A stretch of DNA of 64,000 bases from Minisyncoccia bacterium (GCA_050011835.1 JBEKII010000002.1:76173-140172); one strand, 5' to 3'; numbered from the stretch's first letter, positions 9,839-21,632 are shown. Program-made: numbers and translations. Notes: generated by a model not told the origin, from the letters alone.

Positions 9839-11044
9839 ATGCTCTTCAAATATCACGCGATTGACCAGGACGGACACGGGCGGGGGGGAACCATTGAAGC
9901 TCTTTCGCAGGAAGTCGCTGTTTCTTCGCTCCAGCGGCGCAATCTCATCATCTCGTCGATTGAATCCGTAGAGAAACATTCGTTCCTTAATTTTAATATT
10001 CCATTCATTGGTAGAGTGTCCAACAAGGATATCGTTATTCTCTCGCGTCAGATAGCGACCTTGTTTGAGGCACAGGTATCTGCGCTCCGTGTCTTTCGTC
10101 TTCTCGCTTCCGAGGTTGACAATAAGCAGCTCGCCACCATTCTCTCAACGATCGGCGATGATCTCCAGGGCGGAAGTCCAATCAGTAAAGCACTTTTACG
10201 CCATCCGAAGGTCTTTTCAGCATTTTATGTGAATATGGTTCGCGCGGGAGAGGAATCCGGCAAATTATCGGAGACATTTGTATATCTCGCCGATTATCTC
10301 GACCGTTCGTATGACGTTATGAGCAAGGCGGAAAATGCGCTTATTTACCCGATTTTTGTCGTCGTGGTCTTCTTTGTCGTCATGGCGCTTATGTTGACGC
10401 TCGTTATACCGAAAATCAGCGCGGTTTTGGTTGATTCCGGCCAAGCGGTACCGATTTATACCTCTATTATCATCGGTTTTTCAAACTTTCTCGTCCACTA
10501 TAGTATTTTTATTCTTGCCGCACTTATCGCGGGCGGCTTTTATGTATGGCAGTTAAGGAAGACCGAACACGGGAAACTCATTCTTGATCGTCTAAAGCTC
10601 TCGGTGCCGTATGTCGGCGACCTATATAAAAAACTGTATCTCTCGCGTATCGCGGACAATTTCTCCACAATGCTTCATTCTGGAGTTTCGGTTGTTGAGG
10701 CGATAGATATCACTGGCTCCGTTGTGGGTAATGCCGCGTACGCGGCCGTGCTTGCAGAGGTCGGGAAGGAAGTAAAAGGAGGTTCTTCCATATCCGACGC
10801 CCTTGCACGGCATCCGGAAATTCCCGGTATTATGGTCGCGATGACGAAGGTCGGCGAAGAAACAGGCGAACTCTGGAATATCCTTACCACACTCGCCAAA
10901 TTCTATAATCGCGAAGTGGCGAATGCCGTGGATACGTTGGTTGGTCTTATTGAGCCGATTACGATCGTGATTCTTGGTCTCGGTGTCGGCATACTCGTCG
11001 CCGCGGTGCTTCTTCCCATCTATAATCTTGCCAGTGCGATCTAG
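9839..11044 (+). CDS. pilC: Type IV pilus platform protein PilC/GspF
   Basis: Two T2SSF repeats (GEESGKL, GEETGEL), ALIYP, LIEP. Confidence 0.95.
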   Translation: MLFKYHAIDQDGHGRGGTIEALSQEVAVSSLQRRNLIISSIESVEKHSFLNFNIPFIGRVSNKDIVILSRQIATLFEAQVSALRVFRLLASEVDNKQLATILSTIGDDLQGGSPISKALLRHPKVFSAFYVNMVRAGEESGKLSETFVYLADYLDRSYDVMSKAENALIYPIFVVVVFFVVMALMLTLVIPKISAVLVDSGQAVPIYTSIIIGFSNFLVHYSIFILAALIAGGFYVWQLRKTEHGKLILDRLKLSVPYVGDLYKKLYLSRIADNFSTMLHSGVSVVEAIDITGSVVGNAAYAAVLAEVGKEVKGGSSISDALARHPEIPGIMVAMTKVGEETGELWNILTTLAKFYNREVANAVDTLVGLIEPITIVILGLGVGILVAAVLLPIYNLASAI

Positions 11045-11122
11045 GCGGAGTTTATCCACACCCTTGTTTTTAGCCATAAAATATGGGTATACAATCTAGT
11101 CATTAACCGAATATAATTAATT

Positions 11123-11599
11123 ATGTACAACAATCGTTTCCGGGGCTTCACTCTTATAGAATTACTCGTCGTAATCGCCATCATCGGCATCCTTTCGGCG
11201 GTCGTGCTCGCGTCCTTGAATACCGCTCGTTCTAAGGGCAATGACGCAGCCATCCAATTGGACCTTGCGACCATTCAGACCCAGGCGGAAATTTATTATG
11301 GGAATAATTCGAACAAGTACAACTCGGACGGTACGACTGGCGTTGCTGGTATCGCTTGCCCGGGAGTCGGTACCGCCACGCTCTTTGGCGATACGACCAT
11401 CGCGAATGCAATCAATGGCGTAAAGACTGCCAGCAGCGGTAACGTTGCATATTGCTATGCGGCTGCCAATGGGTCTGCCTATGCTGTTCAGGCGCCACTG
11501 AAGACCAATTCATCACTTTATTGGTGCGTTGACAGTACCGGGGTTGCTTCCTCAACCGCTGTTCAATTCTCCGGCGCTACGACTAAGTGCGGTACATAG
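11123..11599 (+). CDS. Type IV major pilin 1
   Basis: G|FTLIELLVVIAIIGILSAVVLASL prepilin motif, C-terminal WCVDS. Confidence 0.93.
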   Translation: MYNNRFRGFTLIELLVVIAIIGILSAVVLASLNTARSKGNDAAIQLDLATIQTQAEIYYGNNSNKYNSDGTTGVAGIACPGVGTATLFGDTTIANAINGVKTASSGNVAYCYAAANGSAYAVQAPLKTNSSLYWCVDSTGVASSTAVQFSGATTKCGT

Positions 11600-11619
11600 T
11601 TTTAACCGTGTAATTGAAT

Positions 11620-12156
11620 ATGATTCCTATTCGCTTTCGCGGCTTCACCCTTATTGAATTACTCGTCGTAATCGCCATCATCGGCATCCTCTCGGCGGTC
11701 GTGCTCGCGTCCTTGAATACTGCCCGCTCAAAGGGTAACGATGCGGCTATCCAGTCCGACCTCAACACCGTTCAAACTGAAGCCGAAATAGCGTATGGCG
11801 GAGGCGGTACAGCAGGTCTCACCAATACGTACAATTCCACTGGCTCGGCCGTCTCGAGCTCCGCCTGTTCTGGAGTTACGACAGCAGGAACTATTTTCGC
11901 AGACACGACAATTCAGAACGCATTGAAGGGCGCAAAGAGCGCCGCAGGAGGCAGCAACGACAGCGACTGCGGCATTACCAGTACTGGTGGTGCGTATTCC
12001 ATTGCGGCGCCACTTGTGTCAGGTAAGGCGTGGTGCATTGACTCAACGGGTGTGGCTCGCGGTGCAACAGTTAACGGTCTCCCATATACAGCACTCATAG
12101 GTACGGTTGCAGCCGGTGGTGCCCATATCACAAGTGGGCAAACAACCTGCAATTGA
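11620..12156 (+). CDS. Type IV major pilin 2
   Basis: G|FTLIELL motif, WCIDS. Confidence 0.93.
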   Translation: MIPIRFRGFTLIELLVVIAIIGILSAVVLASLNTARSKGNDAAIQSDLNTVQTEAEIAYGGGGTAGLTNTYNSTGSAVSSSACSGVTTAGTIFADTTIQNALKGAKSAAGGSNDSDCGITSTGGAYSIAAPLVSGKAWCIDSTGVARGATVNGLPYTALIGTVAAGGAHITSGQTTCN

Positions 12157-12195
12157 ATTAGCCCATAAATCAGAAGCTCTCTTCTGGTTAGAGGA

Positions 12196-12236
12196 AAAGA
12201 AATCCACTGTTCCTAACTGTGGATTTCTTTTTTTTG
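12196..12236 (+). terminator. Intrinsic terminator between pilin 2 and pilin 3
   Basis: AAAAGAAATCCAC...GTGGATTTCTTTTTTTT hairpin with T-run. Confidence 0.75.
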
Positions 12237-12255
12237 GTGTTATACCTATAAGCAT

Positions 12256-12765
12256 ATGAATCCAAAAAATAAGAACCAGGGCTTCACCCTTATTGAATTA
12301 CTCGTCGTAATCGCCATCATCGGCATCCTCTCGGCGGTCGTGCTCGCGTCCTTGAACACCGCTCGTTCTAAGGGTGGCGATGCTGCAATTCAGTCCGATC
12401 TCAATACAATCCGGATAGAAGCAGAGATTTTCTATGGGAGCAACACTAATTCCTATAACACGGGCTCAACCCTCGCATACAGTAATTGTTCAACGCATAC
12501 AGATGCTGGTTCAATTCTCGCTGACACAACCATCCAAAACGCCCTTAAAGGTGCAAAAAATACTTCAGGCAGTGATAGCGACTGCGGTATAACTTCTACA
12601 GCGTATTCCATTGCGGCGCCACTTGTGTCAGGTAAGGCGTGGTGCATTGACTCAACGGGTGTGGCTCGCAATTCAACCGCCAACGGTCTCCCATATACAG
12701 CACTCATAGGTACGGTTGCAGCCGGTGGTGCCCATATCACAAGTGGGCAAACAACCTGCAATTAA
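12256..12765 (+). CDS. Type IV major pilin 3
   Basis: G|FTLIELL motif; C-terminal region near-identical to pilin 2. Confidence 0.93.
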   Translation: MNPKNKNQGFTLIELLVVIAIIGILSAVVLASLNTARSKGGDAAIQSDLNTIRIEAEIFYGSNTNSYNTGSTLAYSNCSTHTDAGSILADTTIQNALKGAKNTSGSDSDCGITSTAYSIAAPLVSGKAWCIDSTGVARNSTANGLPYTALIGTVAAGGAHITSGQTTCN

Positions 12766-12791
12766 TTTAATAATAGTTTAATATAAATATT

Positions 12792-13250
12792 ATGATATAT
12801 AAATATAACAATCGCGCTTTCACCCTTATTGAATTACTCGTCGTAATCGCCATCATCGGCATCCTCTCGGCGGTCGTGCTCGCATCGCTGAATGCCGCTC
12901 GCTCAAAAGGCAGTGATGCGGCTATTCAGTCAGATCTGGATGGCATCCGAACACAAGCCCAGATCTATTACGGCAATAATGGCAGCAGTTACGGTTCGAA
13001 TGCCGCTGTAGAAAGCAATTGTAGCGCGACCGATAATATGTTCAGCGACCCAACAATCACAAAACAAGTGCAAGGAGCAGATACGGCAAATGGTCCCTCC
13101 GGTTCTGTAGTGTGCAACGTAGCTGCCTCTGGTACGGCTTATGCGGTGTCAGCAGACCTTGTCGCGACACCCGGAACGTATTATTGCGTTGACAGTACCG
13201 GCGTGAGCACGACAACGACAACGGCTCTGGACACCAACACAAATTGCTAA
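12792..13250 (+). CDS. Type IV major pilin 4
   Basis: A|FTLIELL motif, YCVDS. Confidence 0.92.
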   Translation: MIYKYNNRAFTLIELLVVIAIIGILSAVVLASLNAARSKGSDAAIQSDLDGIRTQAQIYYGNNGSSYGSNAAVESNCSATDNMFSDPTITKQVQGADTANGPSGSVVCNVAASGTAYAVSADLVATPGTYYCVDSTGVSTTTTTALDTNTNC

Positions 13251-13318
13251 TTAAAAATATTTTCAAGTGACGCGACTCCGCTCCAGGCGGGATTGTGTTA
13301 CGTTATACTAATTCCTAC

Positions 13319-14083
13319 ATGATTCTCCTGCCGGTCGCACTGCTGTTCATTCTTGGTGCCATTGTCGCGAGTTTTGTCGGAGTACTCGTTGCGCGACTCA
13401 ATACCGGTCAAGGATTTCTTACAGGGCGCTCTCATTGTGATGCGTGCAATGCACCGCTTGCGCCATCTGCGCTCATACCGGTTATTTCCTATATTGTCTC
13501 TAGCGGACGCGCACGTTGTTGCGGTGCGCATCTTTCGTGGCATGCGCCACTTTCCGAGTTCTTGCTCGGCGGACTCTTCGCGCTTTCATATCTAAAACTC
13601 GGCCTTTCAGGCACATTGGTATGGATGCTCCTTTCGCTTTCAGTCCTCCTTGCGCTCACTCTTTATGACCTTGCGCATCAGATACTGCCGCCCGTGCTTC
13701 TCGCGCCATTTGTCGCAGTGAGCGCTGTAACTGGATTTCTTCTTGCGCCGTCTCTCTCACTATTTTTGAGCACTCTCTTTATCGCTTTTCTTATCGCGCT
13801 CTTTCTCGCGTTCATTCATTTTTTTTCGCGTGGCCGTTATATGGGTCTTGCAGATGCGCCATTTGCTTTCGGCCTCTCACTTCTCGCCGGACCGTTCGCA
13901 TTCCCCGGTTTCGTTTTTTCATTCTGGATCGGTGCCGTTGTCGGGATAATTATATTGTACAAGAGACCTCGTGGCTCTAGAATGGGAGTTGAGGTACCGT
14001 TCGCGCCTTTTCTGGCCGCCGGTTTCCTTCTCGCTTATTTTATTCAATGGAATCCATTCGTCTTCGTCGCGGCTTTACACTGA
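13319..14083 (+). CDS. pilD: Prepilin peptidase
   Basis: RSHCDAC, LIPVISY...GRARCC, YDL, MGLAD, VPFAPFL; multiple TMs. Confidence 0.92.
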   Translation: MILLPVALLFILGAIVASFVGVLVARLNTGQGFLTGRSHCDACNAPLAPSALIPVISYIVSSGRARCCGAHLSWHAPLSEFLLGGLFALSYLKLGLSGTLVWMLLSLSVLLALTLYDLAHQILPPVLLAPFVAVSAVTGFLLAPSLSLFLSTLFIAFLIALFLAFIHFFSRGRYMGLADAPFAFGLSLLAGPFAFPGFVFSFWIGAVVGIIILYKRPRGSRMGVEVPFAPFLAAGFLLAYFIQWNPFVFVAALH

Positions 14084-14709
14084 TCGAGCTTATGGTCGTG
14101 GTGGCGATCATCGGTATCGTTTCGTTAATCGTGTTGACCAACCAGAGCACATTTAATAAAACGCTCATTCTCCAGAACACCGCGTACGATATCGCGCTTA
14201 CGCTCCGCGATGCCGAGACCTATGGTCTTGGAAGTCGCGCCATTGGCATAACCGCGAATGCGGGATATGGTGTTCACTTTCAAAACGCGCCAACCACGTC
14301 TTTCATTCTTTTTGCCGATACTTATCCCTCAACTCCGAGTGCGTCCAATTGCCATGGAGTGCCGATTGACGGTGCAAGCGCGCCAGACGCGCAGCCCGGC
14401 GACTGCATCTATACGTCGAGCCAAGATCAAAAAATAAATGCTTATACACTCGGGAATGGAATCACGGTGAGTGATTTCTGCGTATTCAACGGCAGTTGGT
14501 CGTGCGCGCAGAACAATGGGTTGACTTCGCTCGACATCGTTTTCGCGCGCCCGAATCCGGCTACGTTCATAAGCGTGAACGGTTCGTATTCGGCGGCACC
14601 CGCTGTAACTGCGGCATGTCTCACCGTGAGCGCATCCGAAGGAGGTAAGCGCTTTGTTTCGGTCGCGTCGTCAGGAGAGATAACTGCGAATGCTACTTCA
14701 TGCCCATGA
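14047..14709 (+). CDS. Minor pilin (FimT/GspH-like)
   Basis: G|FTLIELMVVVAII motif. Confidence 0.85.
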   Translation: MESIRLRRGFTLIELMVVVAIIGIVSLIVLTNQSTFNKTLILQNTAYDIALTLRDAETYGLGSRAIGITANAGYGVHFQNAPTTSFILFADTYPSTPSASNCHGVPIDGASAPDAQPGDCIYTSSQDQKINAYTLGNGITVSDFCVFNGSWSCAQNNGLTSLDIVFARPNPATFISVNGSYSAAPAVTAACLTVSASEGGKRFVSVASSGEITANATSCP

Positions 14710-15914
14710 CACTGAAAATCAGAGGATATACGCTTGTGGAACTTATTGTCGCGGTCGGGCTTTTCGCGCTCATTATGACGCTCACAGCCGGCGCCTATAT
14801 TATCGTTATAGGTCTGACTGCACGGGCACAGGGCACTGCTTCCAGCATAGATAATCTCTCCTTCGCACTCGAAACGATGACGCGCAATATTCGAACGGGT
14901 ACTGGATACAATTGCGGCGGTTTGGGTGATTGCTCGAGCGGTTCCAGCAACTTTTCTTTCAGGAATGCACAGGGAACGGCGACGAGTTACTCGCTCTCGA
15001 ACGGAGTTATTATGACGCAAAACACCATTCCCCTCACCGACCCTTCGGTGAAGGTCACTTCACTTATGTTTTATGCGTCCGGCACCAAGACCAGCGACAA
15101 CTATCAACCTAACGTTACCATTGTCGTTTCGGGCACGGTTTCGTCCGGCCGGGGGACGACCCAATCCTTTTCCGTAGAAACGGGAGCGACAATGCGCGGA
15201 TCCGATATCGCCGGTATTGTCAGCAGCGGCGGCTCTGTAATCTATACCGCTGGGCAATCAGGCAATTGGACTGTGCCATCGGGAGTAACTTCTGTCATCG
15301 TAACGATGTGGGGCGGTGGGGGATCGGGAAGTTCTTACGCTGGCGGCGGCGGAGGCGGTGCAGGAGTTATTTATCAGTATCCTCTTACCGTAACTCCAGG
15401 TCAAATTTCTTACGCGGTAGGCTATGGAGGAGCGGCAGTTACAGGACAGGTTGACGGGAATGATGGACAACAGACCACTTTTGGTTCCTTAATCGCGTCT
15501 CCCGGATTAAGGGGACATAACTATAATACCCCAACAGATCGTGGCTATGGAGGTCGCGGAGGTAATGCCTCAGATAGCACTAACACAGGCACAGGTGGAC
15601 TCTGGGGTTATTCCGCCCATTACGCTGGTTACGACGGAAGTTCATACCCCACTACTTTATTTGGAGGGGGTGGAGGTGGTTATGGTGGTTACGCGGGAGG
15701 TGACGATGGCGTAGGCGGTGCTAGTTATAGCAATACTCATGCGGCTGCCGGAGCCACAATTGGAGGTGGAGGTGGAGCAAGTTACGGAACAGGCGGTGCT
15801 GGAAGTAATACCATTGCGAGTGCGGGAACAGATGGCGGCGGCGGCGGCGGATCGTGGACGGGTTCTTATTATTCTGGTGCTGGTGGTGACGGGAAGATAA
15901 TCATAAGCTGGTAA
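14706..15914 (+). CDS. Minor pilin with C-terminal glycine-rich extension
   Basis: G|YTLVELIVAV motif; after about residue 170 WTVPSGVTSVIVTMWGGGGSG...GGDGKIIISW glycine-rich domain. Confidence 0.85.
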   Translation: MTLKIRGYTLVELIVAVGLFALIMTLTAGAYIIVIGLTARAQGTASSIDNLSFALETMTRNIRTGTGYNCGGLGDCSSGSSNFSFRNAQGTATSYSLSNGVIMTQNTIPLTDPSVKVTSLMFYASGTKTSDNYQPNVTIVVSGTVSSGRGTTQSFSVETGATMRGSDIAGIVSSGGSVIYTAGQSGNWTVPSGVTSVIVTMWGGGGSGSSYAGGGGGGAGVIYQYPLTVTPGQISYAVGYGGAAVTGQVDGNDGQQTTFGSLIASPGLRGHNYNTPTDRGYGGRGGNASDSTNTGTGGLWGYSAHYAGYDGSSYPTTLFGGGGGGYGGYAGGDDGVGGASYSNTHAAAGATIGGGGGASYGTGGAGSNTIASAGTDGGGGGGSWTGSYYSGAGGDGKIIISW

Positions 15915-15918
15915 AAAT

Positions 15919-16497
15919 ATGACTACAAAAGGATTCACCCTCATCGAGACCATGGTTGCCATCACGATTCTCACTGTCGCGATTGCGGGAGCTTTTTTTA
16001 CCGCGAATAGTTCACTCGTCGCTGCAGAAATTGCGCGCGACCAACTTACCGCTTCCTACCTCGCGCAAGAGGGCATCGAGTATGTGCGCATGATGCGCGA
16101 TGACGAATATCTCAAGGCTTATCAGGTAGGCGGCACGAACGTTTCGACTACCGCGTGGAATAATTTCTTAAATGGGTCTGATGCCGCATCGATTACCCAG
16201 TGTCGCGGTACGATAAGCAGTCCGATAACCTGTACGCTTGACCCATCGCGCTCTATGGGCTCGGGAAGTGGTTCTTCGCTTCAGCCCTGTTCTGGTTCTG
16301 CGTGTATACCACTCTATCTAGCGAGCACGGGCATTTATAACGAGCAAAGTTCAGGAACGAAAACATCTTTCACGCGCACCATACAAGCAGTCGATATTTC
16401 CGCGAGCGATGAACGTATTGTCTCAAAAGTGTCATGGAGTTTCCATGGCATCTCGCATTCGGTAACTATCACCGACCATCTCACGCCATGGCAATGA
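15919..16497 (+). CDS. Minor pilin (PilV-like)
   Basis: G|FTLIETMVAITIL, LAQEGIEYVR. Confidence 0.85.
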   Translation: MTTKGFTLIETMVAITILTVAIAGAFFTANSSLVAAEIARDQLTASYLAQEGIEYVRMMRDDEYLKAYQVGGTNVSTTAWNNFLNGSDAASITQCRGTISSPITCTLDPSRSMGSGSGSSLQPCSGSACIPLYLASTGIYNEQSSGTKTSFTRTIQAVDISASDERIVSKVSWSFHGISHSVTITDHLTPWQ

Positions 16498-17009
16498 AAA
16501 ATAAAAACCAGAAAGGTTTCGCACTTCTCGTCGCCGTCATCTTTATGTCGGTGATGCTTACACTTGGTCTTGCGCTCGCTTCCCTCGGCTATAAACAGGA
16601 ACTTCTCGCGTCAACGGCCATTGAATCGCAGTATGCATTTTATGCCGCCGATGCCGGTCTTGAGTGCGCTCTCTATGCTGATCAACAACTGGACTTATTT
16701 GATTATGCTTCGCATAGTGTGGCCACTCCTCCTAATACAATTACCTGCGATGGCGTATCGGCGACGCAATTACCTGGAAGTTATTCATATACTACTGGCA
16801 CCAATGGCACACTATCTGTCTCCGAACGTCTCTCGCTCGATTCAAACACACACTGCGCAATTGTAACGATTTATAAATACAGTACACCGCAGTCGCCAAC
16901 AAATTTTGTTACCTACCTTTTCTCCCAGGGCTTCGACGTTCCCTGCACTACCGTGGCGAATCCGGGAGGAACGCGCTTTGTATCGCGGGGTATCAGCGCC
17001 CATTATTAA
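16494..17009 (+). CDS. Minor pilin (PilX-like)
   Basis: G|FALLVAVIF lacking Glu5, AFYAADAGLECA. Confidence 0.85.
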   Translation: MKNKNQKGFALLVAVIFMSVMLTLGLALASLGYKQELLASTAIESQYAFYAADAGLECALYADQQLDLFDYASHSVATPPNTITCDGVSATQLPGSYSYTTGTNGTLSVSERLSLDSNTHCAIVTIYKYSTPQSPTNFVTYLFSQGFDVPCTTVANPGGTRFVSRGISAHY

Positions 17010-19034
<2,025 letters not shown>

Positions 19035-19047
19035 TACACTGCGCATA

Positions 19048-19350
19048 ATGGCGACGAAAGAAGAAGTGAAAAAGCTCGCGGCGCTCGCGCGCATCCGCGT
19101 CGCGGACGCAGAACTTGATAAATTCACGAGCGAATTTGACGCGATACTCGCGTATGTTGGACAACTCGAAAAGCTGGACGTGCCGCAAAATTTCAAAGAT
19201 AAAAGGCCGCCGTTGCGCAACGTAATGCGTGTAGACGGTGAGCCGCATGTGCGGGAGGTATATACCGAGAAACTGGTAAAACAATTTCCTGCACGTGAGG
19301 GAACTGCGCTTGTCGTGAAGCAAATTATCCAGCATGACGAAACCGAATGA
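19048..19350 (+). CDS. gatC: Asp/Glu-tRNA amidotransferase subunit C
   Basis: EVKKLAALARI...NVMRVD; precedes gatA. Confidence 0.9.
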   Translation: MATKEEVKKLAALARIRVADAELDKFTSEFDAILAYVGQLEKLDVPQNFKDKRPPLRNVMRVDGEPHVREVYTEKLVKQFPAREGTALVVKQIIQHDETE

Positions 19351-20767
19351 GATGACCATCAGAGAGGCCGCGCGCGCGCTCCGCGCGAAAGAATTTTCCG
19401 TGCACGAGCTGTGGGATGCATGCGCCGCCGCCGCGCGCGCGCGCAACAGCGAATTAAACGCATTTCTTGAACTATTTGATGCAGACGATGCGGCGATAGC
19501 TGCGGCACAGAAACGCATTGATACCGAGCGAGAATTGGCGGACGTATCGCTCCTCGCCGGCATTCCGCTCGCGATAAAAGACAACATACTTATAGAAGGG
19601 AAGATTGCGAGCGCGGCGTCAAAGATATTGGAGAATTATCGCGCAACTTATGATGCGACGGTTATAAGAAAGTTAAAAGAAGCGGGAGCGCTCTTTCTCG
19701 GGCGCACCAATATGGACGAATTCGCGATGGGTTCTTCAACGGAGCACTCCGCCTTTGGCACAACGTTGAATCCTCACGATGTATCTCGCGTGCCTGGCGG
19801 TTCTTCCGGCGGTTCCGCCGTAGCTGTTGCCGCGCATCTTGCTATTGCCGCTCTCGGTTCCGATACCGGCGGTTCCGTCCGCCAGCCGGCGGCGTTTACC
19901 GGTATCGTGGGATTAAAGCCGACTTACGGTGCCGTCTCGCGTTCCGGACTCATTGCTATGGGTTCCTCGCTTGACCAAATCGGTCCTCTGACTCAAACCG
20001 TTGAAGACGCGCATATTCTCTACAAAGCAATCCGCGGCAGGGACGCGATGGATTCAACGACCATTCCGGACGGACTCTACGGCTCGCGTGAGCTTTTGAA
20101 GCGTCTTCGGGTGGGTGTGCCGCGGCATTTACTTAATCAGGGTATTGATGCGGATGTGCGCGCCGCCTTTGATTCTATGCTTGAGCGACTCATGAACGCA
20201 GGACACGTGCTCGTTGATGTCGAACTGCCGATGAGCTCTCATGCGCTCGCGGCGTATTACGTCATCATGTTTGCCGAAGTTTCCACGAATCTCGCGCGTC
20301 TTGATGGCATCCGCTATGGCCGCGCGGCGCGCGGAGGAACCCTGCTTGACGATTACATCATCTCGCGCACCGAGGGCTTCGGGGGAGAAACGCGCCGCCG
20401 CATCCTGCTCGGCACTTTCGTTCTCTCTTCGGGCTATATTGATGCGTATTATCGGAAGGCGGACGCCGCGCGTGCGATATTGCGCCAAGAGTATGAAGGC
20501 GCCTTTCGGAAAGTAGATGTTATCGCTTTCCCCACGACGCCATCTCCGGCATTTAAATTTGGCGAGAAAAGCGACCCGCTCTCTATGTACCTTGGAGATA
20601 TCTTTACCGTGACCGCAAATCTTACCGGCATGCCGGCGATTTCCGTTCCAATGGGTCGTGTTGAGCGCGAAGGGAAAAAACTTCCTGTCGGCATCCATTT
20701 CACTGCGCCGCATCAGGCAGAACACGTACTCTTTGCCGCTGGAATTGCGGTGGAGAAGACGCGATAA
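19334..20767 (+). CDS. gatA: Asp/Glu-tRNA amidotransferase subunit A
   Basis: IKDNI, NMDEFAMGSSTE, GGSSGGS, GSDTGGSVRQPA amidase signature. Confidence 0.97.
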   Translation: MTKPNEMTIREAARALRAKEFSVHELWDACAAAARARNSELNAFLELFDADDAAIAAAQKRIDTERELADVSLLAGIPLAIKDNILIEGKIASAASKILENYRATYDATVIRKLKEAGALFLGRTNMDEFAMGSSTEHSAFGTTLNPHDVSRVPGGSSGGSAVAVAAHLAIAALGSDTGGSVRQPAAFTGIVGLKPTYGAVSRSGLIAMGSSLDQIGPLTQTVEDAHILYKAIRGRDAMDSTTIPDGLYGSRELLKRLRVGVPRHLLNQGIDADVRAAFDSMLERLMNAGHVLVDVELPMSSHALAAYYVIMFAEVSTNLARLDGIRYGRAARGGTLLDDYIISRTEGFGGETRRRILLGTFVLSSGYIDAYYRKADAARAILRQEYEGAFRKVDVIAFPTTPSPAFKFGEKSDPLSMYLGDIFTVTANLTGMPAISVPMGRVEREGKKLPVGIHFTAPHQAEHVLFAAGIAVEKTR

Positions 20768-20795
20768 ATCCTTCTCGCCGCGTATACTAGAGGCA

Positions 20796-21368
20796 ATGCC
20801 TGCAGAGCAACTCAATGTAGAATATCTTTTCCGTCTCATTTACGATTGTTTTCGTGGCTCGTGTTATGGGTCAATGAGCGGACTCTCTGCATGGCTCGCA
20901 CATCTCTGGCTCTGGATTATCGCTATTGGCTATACACTTTCGGTTATAGGGCTTTTCGTTATCGTCTATACGACAGTGCGCCTCTTTGAACTGCGCGCGC
21001 GAGAGGAGAAATATTATGGTACGGTCATTTCCGTTCCAGGTGCGAAAGGCGCCACAAATCCGCGCTGGAAGCATATTGAGTCGCTTGCAGACAGCGCGAG
21101 CGCGAGTGAGTGGCGTGAAGCGATTATTGAGGCCGATATCATGCTTGATGACCTGTTAGCGAGGCAGGGATATGTGGGCGACGGCATTGGCGAGAAGTTG
21201 AAGAGCGTTGAACCGACAGAATTCAAAACTCTCCAGGATGCGTGGGAGGCGCACAAAGTTCGCAACCAGATCGCGCACGAGGGTTCCGCTTTTGAACTCT
21301 CCGAGGTGCTCGCGCATCGCACCATTGCGCGCTATGGGAATGTCTTTCGCGAATTTAAGGAGATATAA
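20796..21368 (+). CDS. Conserved hypothetical single-TM protein
   Basis: TM followed by W...AIIEADIMLD...GEKLK...AWEAHKVRNQIAH (RxxxxH, HEPN-like); TATACT 7 nt before ATG. Confidence 0.7.
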   Translation: MPAEQLNVEYLFRLIYDCFRGSCYGSMSGLSAWLAHLWLWIIAIGYTLSVIGLFVIVYTTVRLFELRAREEKYYGTVISVPGAKGATNPRWKHIESLADSASASEWREAIIEADIMLDDLLARQGYVGDGIGEKLKSVEPTEFKTLQDAWEAHKVRNQIAHEGSAFELSEVLAHRTIARYGNVFREFKEI

Positions 21369-21421
21369 AGTTGCGGAGCGTATTTAATAAGTATATTATT
21401 TATTTTGTTAGAAATTTATAT

Positions 21422-21492
21422 CGCGGGGTAGAGGAGAGGTACCTCGGGAGGCCCATAACCTCCAGACGCCGGTTCGATTCCGGCCCCCGCAA
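21422..21492 (+). tRNA. tRNA-Met(CAT), initiator-type
   Basis: CGCGGGG...CCCCGCA acceptor with C1:A72 mismatch, A11:U24, anticodon CAT, GGTTCGATTCC T-arm. Confidence 0.9.
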
Positions 21493-21578
21493 CACGGTTG
21501 TGAGTCAGTGTCAAGTACCGCCCCGCACCAGAAGTTTTGAAAAGTTGATACAGTACCGATAGGCATGAAGCTCCGAAA

Positions 21579-21618
21579 AAACACAAAAGCCGCGACGTAC
21601 GTCGCGGCTTTTGTGTTT
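21579..21618. terminator. Perfect 40-bp palindrome; bidirectional terminator or cruciform after the RT stop
   Basis: AAACACAAAAGCCGCGACGT|ACGTCGCGGCTTTTGTGTTT with no spacer. Confidence 0.75.
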
Positions 21619-21632
21619 GTCTAGCACACATG

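Noticed and set aside
9878-9888. GGGCGGGGGGG tract near the pilC 5' end as a phase-variation site
   Set aside because: Only seven consecutive G and in frame; too short to claim without read-level length variation
11123-17009. Pilins as remote DGR targets
   Set aside because: No similarity to TR seen by eye, and pilin differences are not adenine-specific; no second VR noticed in the window
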